A stretch of DNA of 64,000 nt from Papillibacter sp. (GCA_012838125.1 DUPW01000044.1:3715-67714), one strand, 5' to 3'; shown: positions 36,492 to 46,814, counted from the first letter of the stretch. Program-made: numbers and translations. Notes: generated from the letters alone by a model not told the origin.

Positions 36492-37168
36492 ATCTTTAAA
36501 AGCTCCGATTCCTTCAGTATGGATAGGATTTCCTCGCAAATTGCCCCCTCCGGACGGGCCTCGTCCCCTTCAAAACAGGGCACCGCCCGCCAGCCGAAAA
36601 AGGCGGCCGCCTCCGCGCCGCATTCGGCGCAAAGGCGCAGGTACGTATCGTTTCCCTCGTGAATGTCCGGCGCCGCGTCCTCGCCATTCTTTATCCGCCG
36701 CACGGCGATACGCCGGAGGGCCGCGTCTGCGGGAATGTCCAGATATATGACGAGATCGGGCCGCGGGAGTTCCAGAAGGCGAAACTCAAAGTCATACAGC
36801 CACGAAAAAAAGTCCCGGCGCTGGTCCTTCTGAAGTTTCGCTCCCTGATGGATGGCGTTGCTGGTGGTGTACCGGTCCGTCACCAGAAGGCCGCCGGCCT
36901 CGTAATACCCACGCCAGTCTTTATAATAGGAGGCGACCCGGTCCACCGCAAAGAAGGTGGAGGCGGCGTAGGCGTTTACATCCCCTGCGTCGCTGCCGAA
37001 CTGGCCCTGCAGGTACATCTCAAGAAGGGCGGCGGAGGGCTTTCCGTACTGGGGAAAGGAGAGACGGCGAAAATCCGCGCCCGCTTTTTCAAGATGCCCA
37101 CACAGGAGCTGATACTGCGTAGACTTTCCGCTCCCGTCTATGCCTTCCAACACTATTAGTTTGCCCAT
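36488..37168 (-). CDS. tmk: thymidylate (dTMP) kinase family protein
   Basis: P-loop LEGIDGSGKSTQ, DRYTTSN and the lid region. Confidence 0.85.
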   Translation of the reverse strand: MGKLIVLEGIDGSGKSTQYQLLCGHLEKAGADFRRLSFPQYGKPSAALLEMYLQGQFGSDAGDVNAYAASTFFAVDRVASYYKDWRGYYEAGGLLVTDRYTTSNAIHQGAKLQKDQRRDFFSWLYDFEFRLLELPRPDLVIYLDIPADAALRRIAVRRIKNGEDAAPDIHEGNDTYLRLCAECGAEAAAFFGWRAVPCFEGDEARPEGAICEEILSILKESELLKI

Positions 37169-37184
37169 AAACGCGCCTCCGGCA

Positions 37185-37925
37185 TCATTTTTTAACTATC
37201 CGCCGCCAAAGGACGGCAAGGAGAAACAGCGGCAGACGCATCATGCGCCCGATGCGGCTGGGCTGCTTTAAAAGGCGGTAAAGCCACTCGAGATTGGCCC
37301 GCCGCCAGCCTTCAGGCGCCCGCTGCACCGTGCCGGAGAGCACGTCCAGCGAGCCGCCGAGGCCAATCATCAGCCCCACATTAAGGCGGGCCGCGTTTTT
37401 CTCCATGAAAAGCTCCTGTTTCGGCGCACCAAGGCAGACAAGGAGCAGGTCAGGCGCCGCCACGTTTATCTTTTCCAGAACGGGCTCGTCCTCCTGAAAA
37501 TATCCATCCTGCGTTCCGGCGATTACAAGGCCCGGATGGGTAGAGAGAAGCTTCTCCGCCGCCATTTCCGCCACGCCGGGCTTTGCCCCCAGCAGGAACA
37601 CGCTTTTGCCCCGGGCGGCAAGGCGGGCGAGAAGGCCCATGGCAAAATCAAACCCCGCCACACGTTCGGGCAAGGGCGTTTTCAGAATCTTCGCGCCGTA
37701 GATAATGCCGATGCCGTCAGGCAGTGTCAGCGCCGCGGCGGAGACGGCCCGGGCCAAATCGGGATTTTTCCGACAGAGCCAGACGATTTCGGGGTTTGGC
37801 GTAACGATGTATGGAGCGGGCGCCCCCTCTTCCCGCTCACTGCGGTCCATGAGGGCTTCGGCCCGTTCGAGGGCCTCATGCATCGTTAGCCCGTCAAATT
37901 TTACGTCCAGCACATCCGTTTTCAT
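37185..37925 (-). CDS. tagA: WecB/TagA/CpsF family glycosyltransferase
   Basis: IVTPNPEIV..LPDGIGIIYGAK..FLLGAKPGVAE..LLVCLGAPKQELFM. Confidence 0.85.
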   Translation of the reverse strand: MKTDVLDVKFDGLTMHEALERAEALMDRSEREEGAPAPYIVTPNPEIVWLCRKNPDLARAVSAAALTLPDGIGIIYGAKILKTPLPERVAGFDFAMGLLARLAARGKSVFLLGAKPGVAEMAAEKLLSTHPGLVIAGTQDGYFQEDEPVLEKINVAAPDLLLVCLGAPKQELFMEKNAARLNVGLMIGLGGSLDVLSGTVQRAPEGWRRANLEWLYRLLKQPSRIGRMMRLPLFLLAVLWRRIVKK

Positions 37926-38023
37926 GGGGCGCGGCTCCTTTGATTTCGCTTAAAAACTTCTTGCGCCATTGTATCATACCGCCGAACCAATGTCTATAAT
38001 TTGGGCGGCGGGTGGAACGGGTG

Positions 38024-38080
38024 CAAAAAATAAAAAAAGCCTTGAGACCACAGGATGAACCCTTCCTGCTGGCCTCAAGG
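38024..38080 (-). terminator. intrinsic terminator after the GNAT-udg operon
   Basis: Minus strand: long imperfect stem CCTTGAGGCCAGCAGG../..CCTGTGGTCTCAAGG followed by CTTTTTTTATTTTTT. Confidence 0.7.
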
Positions 38081-38247
38081 TAAAAGAGGATAATAAATGA
38101 AAAAAAGATTATCGATGGAATTGGCAACCCTACGACCTTAAGGCTACAGGAAAGGTATTAAGAAAAAAACAGAGAATTGTTTCATAATTGTTAAATCGTG
38201 CTGGTTTTGGGTCTGAAATTTTAGGCATTATTCTTATATTTACAGTA

Positions 38248-39096
38248 CTAATCAAAGGCGGGGCCGTACCATTTCACGGCGTTTCGAGGGATATCAAGGG
38301 GCGTAAAGCTGCGCAGCATCCCAAAGGGCAGGGAGCTCCCAAGCCCACTCGGCACAGCCCACTCCGGCGCCCGGACAACTATCGTTTTGGCAGAGGAAAA
38401 GGCGCGGTTAAGGGTGGCGGAGACGGTGCCGAAGTTCTCTTTGTGGCAGAGAAGTTCCCTGACGGATATACCCGCCCCGTCCCCTTCGATGATGGCACAG
38501 CCAATCGGCACGCCGCCCTGCTCCGCCGCAAAGAGGCCCCCTGCGTCGCCGCAGAGCATCTCCTGATAGGCAAGGGCGTGGGGCGTGAAGTCAATGTAGA
38601 CGGAGCCTTGAAGAAAGGCGCGGCGCAGCTGTACGTATTCTTTTGCGGGGACGCGGCGAAGGGATACTTCGCCCGAAGTGGCGGGGCTTTGGCGATTGAG
38701 CGGTACGGTGCAGGATGAAAAAAACGGTGTAAAGCCGAGGGATTCGTAAAAAGAAAACAGCGGCGGGCTTGCCGGGTGTAGCACCACGGCGTCGTATCCC
38801 AGAGCCTGCGCCCTGAGACAGGCCTGCTCCGTCACACAGCGTCCGTACCCGCGCCCCCGCAGGGCAGGGTCGGAGGCGACGGCGTACACCATTGCGCAGC
38901 TGTGCTCCCGCTCCCCCAGAAGGAGGTTTCCCACGGGCAGAAGGTGCGCCATGGCGGCGAGACTCCCGCCATCCGTCAGGGCGACGGTACGCTCCGGCGC
39001 ATAAAAATGGGCAAAGAAGCGGTCAATCTCCTGGGCGGAGTCGAGAAACACCGCCTGCCAGAGTTCTTTGAGCGCGTTTACGTCGAACGGGCTCAT
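38248..39096 (-). CDS. GNAT family N-acetyltransferase (two-domain, about 280 aa)
   Basis: AcCoA-binding block VASDPALRGRGYGRCVTEQA..YESLGF. Overlaps the udg stop by 4 nt. Confidence 0.7.
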   Translation of the reverse strand: MSPFDVNALKELWQAVFLDSAQEIDRFFAHFYAPERTVALTDGGSLAAMAHLLPVGNLLLGEREHSCAMVYAVASDPALRGRGYGRCVTEQACLRAQALGYDAVVLHPASPPLFSFYESLGFTPFFSSCTVPLNRQSPATSGEVSLRRVPAKEYVQLRRAFLQGSVYIDFTPHALAYQEMLCGDAGGLFAAEQGGVPIGCAIIEGDGAGISVRELLCHKENFGTVSATLNRAFSSAKTIVVRAPEWAVPSGLGSSLPFGMLRSFTPLDIPRNAVKWYGPAFD

Positions 39097-39674
39097 GGCT
39101 CGTAAACCTCCGGGCAGATTTCGCGGATTTTCGCTTCAATGGCTTTGAGGTCCTCAAAGGTTTCGGGGCGGCGGCGGGGGTCCCGCAGCAGGGCGGCGGG
39201 GTGGTAGAGGGCGGTGATAAGGATACCGTCCCGCTCGTACCACTTTCCGTGGTCCCGCGTGATTTTGAAATCGGGCCCGATGATGCGCCCGGCGGCGATG
39301 CGCCCGAGGCAGACGACGATAGCAGGCCGGATGAGCTTAAACTGCTCCCGCAGATAGCCGATGCAGGCGTCCTGCTCCGTGTTGAGGGGGTCACGGTTTT
39401 TCGGGGGGCGGCATTTGACGATGTTGGCGATGTAGATATTCTCCTTGCGGGACAGGCCGATGATTTCGAGCATCGTGTCCAGCAGCTTGCCGGCCCGGCC
39501 GACGAAGGGCTCTGCCTTAAGGTCCTCCTGCTCGCCGGGGCCTTCGCCCACGAACAGGATGCGGGCCGCCCGGTTTCCCACGCCGAACACCACGTTCGTC
39601 CGCGTCTCCCACAGGGCGCATTTCTGGCAGGACCTGCAGGACGACTCCAGCTCTTCCCATGTCATGGCAAACAC
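39093..39674 (-). CDS. udg: uracil-DNA glycosylase, family 4 (Fe-S)
   Basis: CRSCQKCAL..VFGVGN..ILFVGEGPGEQED..PFVGRAGKLL..NIVKCRPP. Confidence 0.9.
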   Translation of the reverse strand: MFAMTWEELESSCRSCQKCALWETRTNVVFGVGNRAARILFVGEGPGEQEDLKAEPFVGRAGKLLDTMLEIIGLSRKENIYIANIVKCRPPKNRDPLNTEQDACIGYLREQFKLIRPAIVVCLGRIAAGRIIGPDFKITRDHGKWYERDGILITALYHPAALLRDPRRRPETFEDLKAIEAKIREICPEVYEP

Positions 39675-39800
39675 TCCTTTATCTGTGTAAAAAAAGTATA
39701 CATGATGGGCAGGGCCTTGTCCACGCGGGAAGAGCCGCTTGACAAAAGTTTTTGCCCGGTAATAGAATGGGGAGGACTGAAACAGTCAGGAGGAGCGAGT

Positions 39801-40328
39801 ATGGCACAAGGTCTTGTTCATGTGTACTACGGATACGGAAAAGGGAAGACGACGGCCGCTCTGGGTCTGTGCCTTCGGGCCTGCGGGAGCGGGAAAAAGG
39901 CCGTCATCGTGCAGTTTTTAAAAGATACCCCCAGCGGGGAGATTAAGTCTCTCAGCTGCCTTGAAAACGTCACCCTCCTGCGGGGCAAGGCGGGGGGAAT
40001 GTTCGTCTCCGATATGACGGAGGAGCAAAAGGAAGAGACCCGCCGGATTCACAACGAAAATCTGCAAAAGGCGCTGGACCTTGTGACGCAGGGCGAGTGC
40101 TGTCTTCTCGTCCTCGACGAAGCCATGGACGCTCTGCAGCTGGATGTGCTGGACGCCGCCCTTGTGCGGAACCTGCTTGAAAACAAGCCGCCGGAGCTGG
40201 AAGTGGTCATCACAGGCCACAAGCCCATCCACTGGGTGATGGACAAGGCCGATTACATCACGGAGATGGTGAAAGTCCGCCACCCCTTCGACAAAGGGAT
40301 TCCCGCCCGAAAAGGGATTGAGTTTTAG
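39801..40328 (+). CDS. cobO: cob(I)yrinic acid a,c-diamide / cob(I)alamin adenosyltransferase, CobA/CobO/BtuR type
   Basis: GLVHVYYGYGKGKTTAALGL..VIVQFLK..LLVLDE..ADYITEM..HPF. Only the C-terminal 175 codons of the track ORF 39201-40328 are real (AGGAGG RBS before ATG 39801). Confidence 0.85.
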   Translation: MAQGLVHVYYGYGKGKTTAALGLCLRACGSGKKAVIVQFLKDTPSGEIKSLSCLENVTLLRGKAGGMFVSDMTEEQKEETRRIHNENLQKALDLVTQGECCLLVLDEAMDALQLDVLDAALVRNLLENKPPELEVVITGHKPIHWVMDKADYITEMVKVRHPFDKGIPARKGIEF

Positions 40329-40435
40329 TTTTAACGGAAAATCCCGCTTTTAAGAAACGCATGGAAAATTACTTTTCCCGACCCATGCGCTTTCTACTGC
40401 AGGCGAAGTGAAGCGCCCTGAGTGTATGCAATAAA

Positions 40436-40469
40436 CCCCCGATGAGCCAAAAAGCTCATCGGGGGTTTT
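40436..40469. terminator. bidirectional terminator (cobO on plus, deoC-cdd on minus)
   Basis: CCCCCGATGAGC / GCTCATCGGGGG 12-bp stem flanked by A- and T-runs. Confidence 0.8.
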
Positions 40470-40620
40470 GTCTAATAGTTGAGGGTGCCCCACGGCGAAA
40501 AACGCCGAGCGCAGGGGAAAGGCCCCAAAATACCCGCCATTTGGATGGGAGCGGGAAGGGCGCACGCTCTGCCGTGGGGATAGGCTGGGGCTTTTTAGCC
40601 TGCATGTTTTGCGGAAAAGC

Positions 40621-41037
40621 TTAGGGATGTAAATTCTTTGGGCCGAAGCCAAGGGGGAGAAGCTCTGCGAGGGTGTGGACGGCGTAGTCCTCCGGCCCGC
40701 TGCCGAGGACAATTTCAAAATCGGGCGCCACGCAAAACTCCGCCATCACCTGACGGCACACGCCGCAGGGGGCAGTGTCCGATGCGCTGGGGGAGCCGGC
40801 AGGCCCGCCTGTTACGGCGATGGCGGAAAAATCCCGCCGCCCGTCTGATACGGCCTTAAAAAAGGCCACCCGTTCGGCGCAGACCGTAGGCGTAAAGGCG
40901 GCGTTTTCGATGTTGCAGCCGGTGTAGACCGTCCCGTCCTTGCACAAAAGAGCCGCACCCACGGCAAACTGCGAGTAGGGCATGTACGCCCCCTCACGGG
41001 CTTTGACGGCCTGTGCCATCAGCTGGGCATAGGTCAT
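40621..41037 (-). CDS. cdd: cytidine deaminase
   Basis: Zn motifs CAERVAF and PCGVCRQVMAEF. 138 aa. Confidence 0.93.
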   Translation of the reverse strand: MTYAQLMAQAVKAREGAYMPYSQFAVGAALLCKDGTVYTGCNIENAAFTPTVCAERVAFFKAVSDGRRDFSAIAVTGGPAGSPSASDTAPCGVCRQVMAEFCVAPDFEIVLGSGPEDYAVHTLAELLPLGFGPKNLHP

Positions 41038-41699
41038 ACCGCATCTCCTTTCCCGGCTTTGGCGATGGCAACGAGCCGGCTCGTCCCCAGTCGGGCGCAG
41101 CCGAGCCGGATAAACTCCGCGGCATCTTCAAACGACGAGATGCCGCCGGAGGCCTTTATCTTTACATTCGGGCCGATGTGTTCCTTAAAGAGGCGGATAT
41201 CCTCAAAGGTGGCGCCGCCGCCGTTAAAGCCTGTGGATGTTTTAATGTAATCGGCGCCCGTCTCCGTCACCACGCGGCAGAGGGCGATTTTCTCCTCCGT
41301 TGTCAGCAGCGCCGTCTCCACAATGACTTTCAGAATCCGTCCGCCGCAGGCGTCTTTCACGGCGAGGATGTCCTCCGCCACCGCATCATACCGCCCCTCT
41401 TTCACGGCGCCGATGTGGATAACCATGTCAATCTCGTCGGCGCCATGGGCGATGGCGTCTTTCGTCTGAAAAACCTTCGACGCCGTGGTGTCATACCCGT
41501 TGGGGAAACCGATCACCGTGCAGACGGGAAGGCGTCCGCCCAGAAACTCCGCCGCCGCGGGAACATAGACGGAGGGGAGACAGACGCTGGCCGTTTGAAA
41601 TTCCAGTGCCTCCCGGCAGAGCGTTTCAATCTCCGCGCCGGTGCACGCGGGTTTGAGCAAGGTGTGGTCGACCTTCGACAAAATTTCTTTAATATCCAT
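41034..41699 (-). CDS. deoC: deoxyribose-phosphate aldolase
   Basis: VDHTLLKP..ASVCLPS..DMVI..IKTSTGF..KIKASGGI. Start trimmed to MDIKEIL (ATG 41699, GGAGG RBS). Confidence 0.92.
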   Translation of the reverse strand: MDIKEILSKVDHTLLKPACTGAEIETLCREALEFQTASVCLPSVYVPAAAEFLGGRLPVCTVIGFPNGYDTTASKVFQTKDAIAHGADEIDMVIHIGAVKEGRYDAVAEDILAVKDACGGRILKVIVETALLTTEEKIALCRVVTETGADYIKTSTGFNGGGATFEDIRLFKEHIGPNVKIKASGGISSFEDAAEFIRLGCARLGTSRLVAIAKAGKGDAV

Positions 41700-41900
41700 G
41701 CGGCCTCCCCTCGTTTTTGCCTTTCGGCAGGGTACGCTTAGTATACCATCCCATCCGGCAAAAAGGAACGTGCTTGAAGAGGATTTTAGCTCTGGGGTCG
41801 GACAGTAACAAGAGGCTTTTACAGAGCACCTACAGGGAATTGCCATGAATATGCCCGAATCCCTTGCGGTTTTTATGCAAAGAAAGCCCAATACGCACGC

Positions 41901-41930
41901 GAAAAAGGCGGGACGCTACGTCCCGCCTTT
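41901..41930 (-). terminator. intrinsic terminator after apbE
   Basis: Minus strand: GGCGGGACG-TAG-CGTCCCGCC followed by TTTTTCG. Confidence 0.7.
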
Positions 41931-41942
41931 ATCAAAGTCTTT

Positions 41943-42992
41943 TTATACCGCCGCGCCCGTTTCCACGGCGAAAAAGCCCGCCGTGGTGCGTATATTACCA
42001 TCGGGAAAAACCCACAAAACCTCAACCTCCGGCATTTTAGCAGAGAGGGCGCAGCCTGCCTCCCAGGGCAGATTAAACAGCGCCGTTGAGAGGGCGTCCG
42101 CCAGACCTGAGTCGCGGCAGCGGACAGTGACGCCGAGAAAATGGCGGGAGGGCATGAGGGTTTCGGGGCTGATGATGTGGTGGTACTCCTCCCCGGCCAC
42201 GGTGAAGCGCCGGATGTATCCGCCGCTTGTGACAACGGAGCTTGAGAAAACGTTCACAGTGCAAAGATCCTCTGTGCCGTTGGGGTTTCGCACCGAGACG
42301 GCCCAGGGGATCTCCCTCGCCCCGTCCGGCTTTCCGCCGATGGCGCGGACGTTCCCGCCCACGCTGATGAGAAGGTTTTTAACCCCCGCCTCCTCAAGGC
42401 GGCGCGCCACCTGCTCCACGGCGAATCCCTTTGCCACCGCCCCCACGTCGAGCCTGAGATACGGGTCGGCGAAGTAGACGGTGGACTGCTCCCGGTCGAC
42501 GATTACGTCGTCAAGATTCGTATGCTCCGCCGCCCGGCGCAGTACGTCCATATCGGGAACGGCGGCGCCCGCTGGGTTGTCCACACCGCGCAGGCGCGCC
42601 TCGTGCCAGATACGCAGCACCGCCCCCATGGCGATGTTCACGGCGCTGCCCGTCTCCTCATAAAGCGCCCGGGAAAACTCGATGAGGTCAATGATGCGCG
42701 GGTCTACCTGCACCGGGGCGCGGGCGGCTGTGTCGTTTACGGTTTTGAGGTTTGCAACGCCGTGGTACGTATTGAAAATGTCGTACAACTCGTGGTACTC
42801 CCGCAAGAGGTCCTGCGTCTTTTGGGCGAGGGCTGTAAAACTCGCCCGGTCGGGGGCGTATCCCACCAGCGTCGTGACGGTATCAAACAGGCCGAAAAAC
42901 TCAGCCTGATAGCGTTTCGGCGCGGGCGAAAAGCCGCTCAAACACAGCACCAGAGCGAGACACAAAACGGCCGCCGCCGCGCGCCGAATCAT
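41943..42992 (-). CDS. apbE: FAD:protein FMN transferase ApbE/Ftp, exported
   Basis: Signal peptide AAAVLCLALVLCLSG, then F(G)LFDTVTT..GAVAKGFA..SVVTSGGY. Confidence 0.88.
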   Translation of the reverse strand: MIRRAAAAVLCLALVLCLSGFSPAPKRYQAEFFGLFDTVTTLVGYAPDRASFTALAQKTQDLLREYHELYDIFNTYHGVANLKTVNDTAARAPVQVDPRIIDLIEFSRALYEETGSAVNIAMGAVLRIWHEARLRGVDNPAGAAVPDMDVLRRAAEHTNLDDVIVDREQSTVYFADPYLRLDVGAVAKGFAVEQVARRLEEAGVKNLLISVGGNVRAIGGKPDGAREIPWAVSVRNPNGTEDLCTVNVFSSSVVTSGGYIRRFTVAGEEYHHIISPETLMPSRHFLGVTVRCRDSGLADALSTALFNLPWEAGCALSAKMPEVEVLWVFPDGNIRTTAGFFAVETGAAV

Positions 42993-42995
42993 GCG

Positions 42996-44081
42996 TTAAC
43001 CTCCCACGGCGGATTTTTCAATGGCCTTAATGAAATCACCGATGGAAATGGTGACTTCAGATTTTAAGTCCTCCGACTGGGGCGTGCCGCCTTCGCTGAC
43101 GGAGATACCCTTCACTTCCGATAAGGTCTTGCCCACCACATATTCCGAGAAGGCCTTGGCCTGCTCGTTCCACTCCTTGCCGATGGCGGAGGCCTTCTTC
43201 ATGCCGTAGCCCTCGCCCATCTCGTTTTTCGATTTAAACTCTGTGGAGAGGTCCGTGGTAATGGTGCCGGACTTCGTGAAGGCGACGGTGGTGATGCAGC
43301 TGTCGATGATATTGCCGGTGATGACGCCGCCGCTGTTTTGCGTCGTGGCCGCCACGGTGACGGTGAGCTGCGCCGTCCCGTCTTTCTCGGCGGTGGCGGA
43401 AGCGGATTTGCTCATATCCGTCACGATGCCAAGCCGCAGAGCGTCCCCTTCAGAAAGGCCTTCCGGAGCGTCCTGTGCGGAGGAGGCGGCCTTCTCAATA
43501 GCCTGCATAAAGGCGCCCACGGACACGGTGACGGAGGATTTCAGGTCCGCCCCCGTGGGGTAGTTCTGCTCGTCCACTTTAATGTCTTTCACTTCAGCTA
43601 TGGTCTTGCCCTCCACGTAGCTTGCGAAGGCCTGAGCCTGTTCGTACCATTCCTTGCCGATGGAGGAGGCCTTTTTCATGCCGTACTCGTCCGCCAGCTC
43701 GTCTTTGGATTTAAACTCAGTGCTCGGGGGCGTCACCAACTCGCCGTTTTTATTAAAGGCGATGGCGGCGGACACGGCGTCAATAACGCATTTGACGATT
43801 TTTCCGTCCTTATCCAGCACCACGGCGGCGATGGTCATATCCGTCTGGGCGGCGCCGTCCGCCTCGCCGGCGTTTTTCGACTTGGCCACGGAGGCCACGA
43901 TGCCAAGGCCCATCTTCATCTCGCCGCCTTCTCCTCCGCCCGAGGGGGCCGAGGGAGAGGGGGAGGGGGATGCGCCGCCGGTGGGCGACGGTGAGGGCGA
44001 AGGCGTCGGCTCCTTGCGGCAGGCCGATAAAGGTGCGATGAGCAAAAGGGCAACAAGGAAAAACAAAAGGATTTTTTTCAT
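42996..44081 (-). CDS. lipoprotein made of two tandem about 145-aa repeats, remote FMN_bind-like; candidate ApbE substrate
   Basis: Lipobox LSAC and a PSPSPS linker. The repeats share TEFKSK(D/N)E..YGMKKAS(S/A)IGKEW(Y/N)EQA(Q/K)AF..GKT..EVK..DLKS(S/E)VT(V/I)S(V/I)G.F..AIEK. Confidence 0.6.
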   Translation of the reverse strand: MKKILLFFLVALLLIAPLSACRKEPTPSPSPSPTGGASPSPSPSAPSGGGEGGEMKMGLGIVASVAKSKNAGEADGAAQTDMTIAAVVLDKDGKIVKCVIDAVSAAIAFNKNGELVTPPSTEFKSKDELADEYGMKKASSIGKEWYEQAQAFASYVEGKTIAEVKDIKVDEQNYPTGADLKSSVTVSVGAFMQAIEKAASSAQDAPEGLSEGDALRLGIVTDMSKSASATAEKDGTAQLTVTVAATTQNSGGVITGNIIDSCITTVAFTKSGTITTDLSTEFKSKNEMGEGYGMKKASAIGKEWNEQAKAFSEYVVGKTLSEVKGISVSEGGTPQSEDLKSEVTISIGDFIKAIEKSAVGG

Positions 44082-44169
44082 TTGTGAAACCACCTTTCAA
44101 CGTGCGACTTAAGGTCAAGGGTTATTTGTGCCATAAAATTAGGATTGCACAATTTAGGAGTATTTATAA

Positions 44170-45297
<1,128 letters not shown>

Positions 45298-45301
45298 GCA
45301 A

Positions 45302-45544
45302 TCAGGAAGAAGCCGCGCCGGCTTCTCCTTTTTGCTTTTCGAGGATTTCGATGGCCTCCGAGAGGCTCAGCCCCGTCTCCTTGAGAATCTGCTGCAGGTA
45401 CTTCAGCTGTGCCGCCTCTCGCTCTTCCTCGAGAGACGCCAGCTGCCCCTTGAGCTTTTTAAGGCGCGCTTCCTGCTTTTCAATCTGCTTGACGACGGTT
45501 GCGATTTCTTCGTCAATATTCCGGGCTTTTTTCGGTCGTGCCAT
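45302..45544 (-). CDS. small coiled-coil protein (DUF4315-like architecture)
   Basis: 80 aa. Heptad-rich IEKQEARLKKLKGQLASLEEE followed by a short helical tail. AAGGAGGGG RBS. Confidence 0.4.
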   Translation of the reverse strand: MARPKKARNIDEEIATVVKQIEKQEARLKKLKGQLASLEEEREAAQLKYLQQILKETGLSLSEAIEILEKQKGEAGAASS

Positions 45545-45613
45545 TATAACCCCTCCTTATGTTTTCCAAAAGTATAAAGAGTATAAAGGATACTCCGGTG
45601 GAAAACTGTCGAA

Positions 45614-46270
45614 TCAGGGGATGCTGAAAGGTTGGCCTTGAAAATAGCGGACGAGGGCGTCTTCCTCAAGGCGCAGGATGTTTCGCTCCTCAAGGGGCGC
45701 CGCTCCGCAGACGGAGACGATAAAATCCCCCTCCTGCAGGGTGGTGAAGAGGCCGAAATCGTCAGAGAACGTGTCAACAGAGTGAAGATTTATGGAAAGT
45801 CCGCGGCCGTCCCGCTTGACGGCGGCTTCTTTACGGGTCCAGACTTCAAAAAAGCGGGCCTCCTGCCCCTCCGGACGGGACAAAACATACGCCTGCTCAC
45901 GGGGGCTGAGTACGCGACGGAGCACTCGCTGCCGCACCGGGCCTATGCGCTCTGCGTCCACGCCCACGGGGGCGCTAGAGATGCACACCGCCGCGGCGCC
46001 GTTGGTGTGGGACAGGCTCCACTGGATGCCCAGATTCGGGGAGTAGGGCTTGCCCGTCGGCCCCCGCTCGATGACAATCTCCCCGGGATGGCGGCCGCTT
46101 GCTTCGCTTAAAGCAAAGCGCACGAGAAGATGCCCCATAGCGGCGGCTTTTGCCTGAGTTATCCGCCTTATGGACGCACAGCGCCGCCGAACATCCTCCG
46201 GAAGGTGGGAGAAGAGGGCCTCGTGAAGGGGCCCGTCGGGGCGGAAGATGAGGAAAAAGAGTTTTGGCAT
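45614..46270 (-). CDS. 4'-phosphopantetheinyl transferase, Sfp type
   Basis: GKPY..WSLSHTNGAAAV..VGVDAERI..FFEVWTRKEAAVK. Confidence 0.85.
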   Translation of the reverse strand: MPKLFFLIFRPDGPLHEALFSHLPEDVRRRCASIRRITQAKAAAMGHLLVRFALSEASGRHPGEIVIERGPTGKPYSPNLGIQWSLSHTNGAAAVCISSAPVGVDAERIGPVRQRVLRRVLSPREQAYVLSRPEGQEARFFEVWTRKEAAVKRDGRGLSINLHSVDTFSDDFGLFTTLQEGDFIVSVCGAAPLEERNILRLEEDALVRYFQGQPFSIP

Positions 46271-46381
46271 GGCAAAATCCTTAAACGTCGAGATAATATT
46301 GCATCATTTTCCGCTGTCTTTATGCGGAATTTCCCGCGTCATGGCAAAGGGCACAAACCCAAAGAAAGCGCTCTTTTATCC

Positions 46382-46642
46382 TTATTGCAGTGCCAGCTCA
46401 AAGACATGCCGCACGCCCTCAAGGCTTGGCACGCCTTCGTGGACCTTTTTGCCGTCGACATAAAAGGTCGGCACGCGGTAATAATCAAATTGATCTGCAA
46501 AGGCCTTCTCCTTTTCCTCATCGATGATGCGGAGAGGGATGTCCTTGTACGCAGGCTTCTCTTCAAACAGCTGATCGATGTAAACGCGCGCTTTTCTGCA
46601 GTGTGGGCACCAGCTGGTAATAAACAGCATTACGTCTTTCAT
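46382..46642 (-). CDS. glutaredoxin/thioredoxin-fold protein (CPHC)
   Basis: MLFITSWCPHCRKAR..VPTFYVDGKKV. Start trimmed to ATG 46642 after a GGGAGGG RBS. Confidence 0.75.
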   Translation of the reverse strand: MKDVMLFITSWCPHCRKARVYIDQLFEEKPAYKDIPLRIIDEEKEKAFADQFDYYRVPTFYVDGKKVHEGVPSLEGVRHVFELALQ

Positions 46643-46785
46643 ACAATAGCCCTCCCGTTTTATCATGCCTCGTTTTCGCCGAAAGCGGCGCGTTTGGGGG
46701 CGGTGATTTTTAGAAAATTATAACACTTCTTGTTATTGTTTGTAAAGCGGTGTCGCTAAGAAAGAGGGGCCGGTTTAAGACAAAA

Positions 46786-46814
46786 TTGAAATATCGGAAG
46801 GCCTGTGGTATGAT
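46786..46814 (+). promoter_or_regulatory. sigma-A promoter upstream of mntR
   Basis: TTGAAA (46786-46791), 17-nt spacer, TGgTATGAT extended -10 (TATGAT at 46809-46814). Confidence 0.5.

Noticed and set aside
38030-38247. Locally AT-rich patch in an otherwise GC-rich window, containing a 14-codon ORF (MKKRLSMELATLRP, ATG at about 38095) with an AGAGGA RBS-like sequence.
   Set aside because: The patch coincides with the long U-rich terminator of the GNAT-udg operon and the intergenic region towards tagA. The mini-ORF has no features beyond chance and cannot be assessed without conservation data.
39201-39800. N-terminal 200 codons of the 375-aa track ORF that ends as cobO.
   Set aside because: This part is antisense to udg and has junk composition. 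The genuine CobO homology, and an AGGAGG RBS, begin at ATG 39801.
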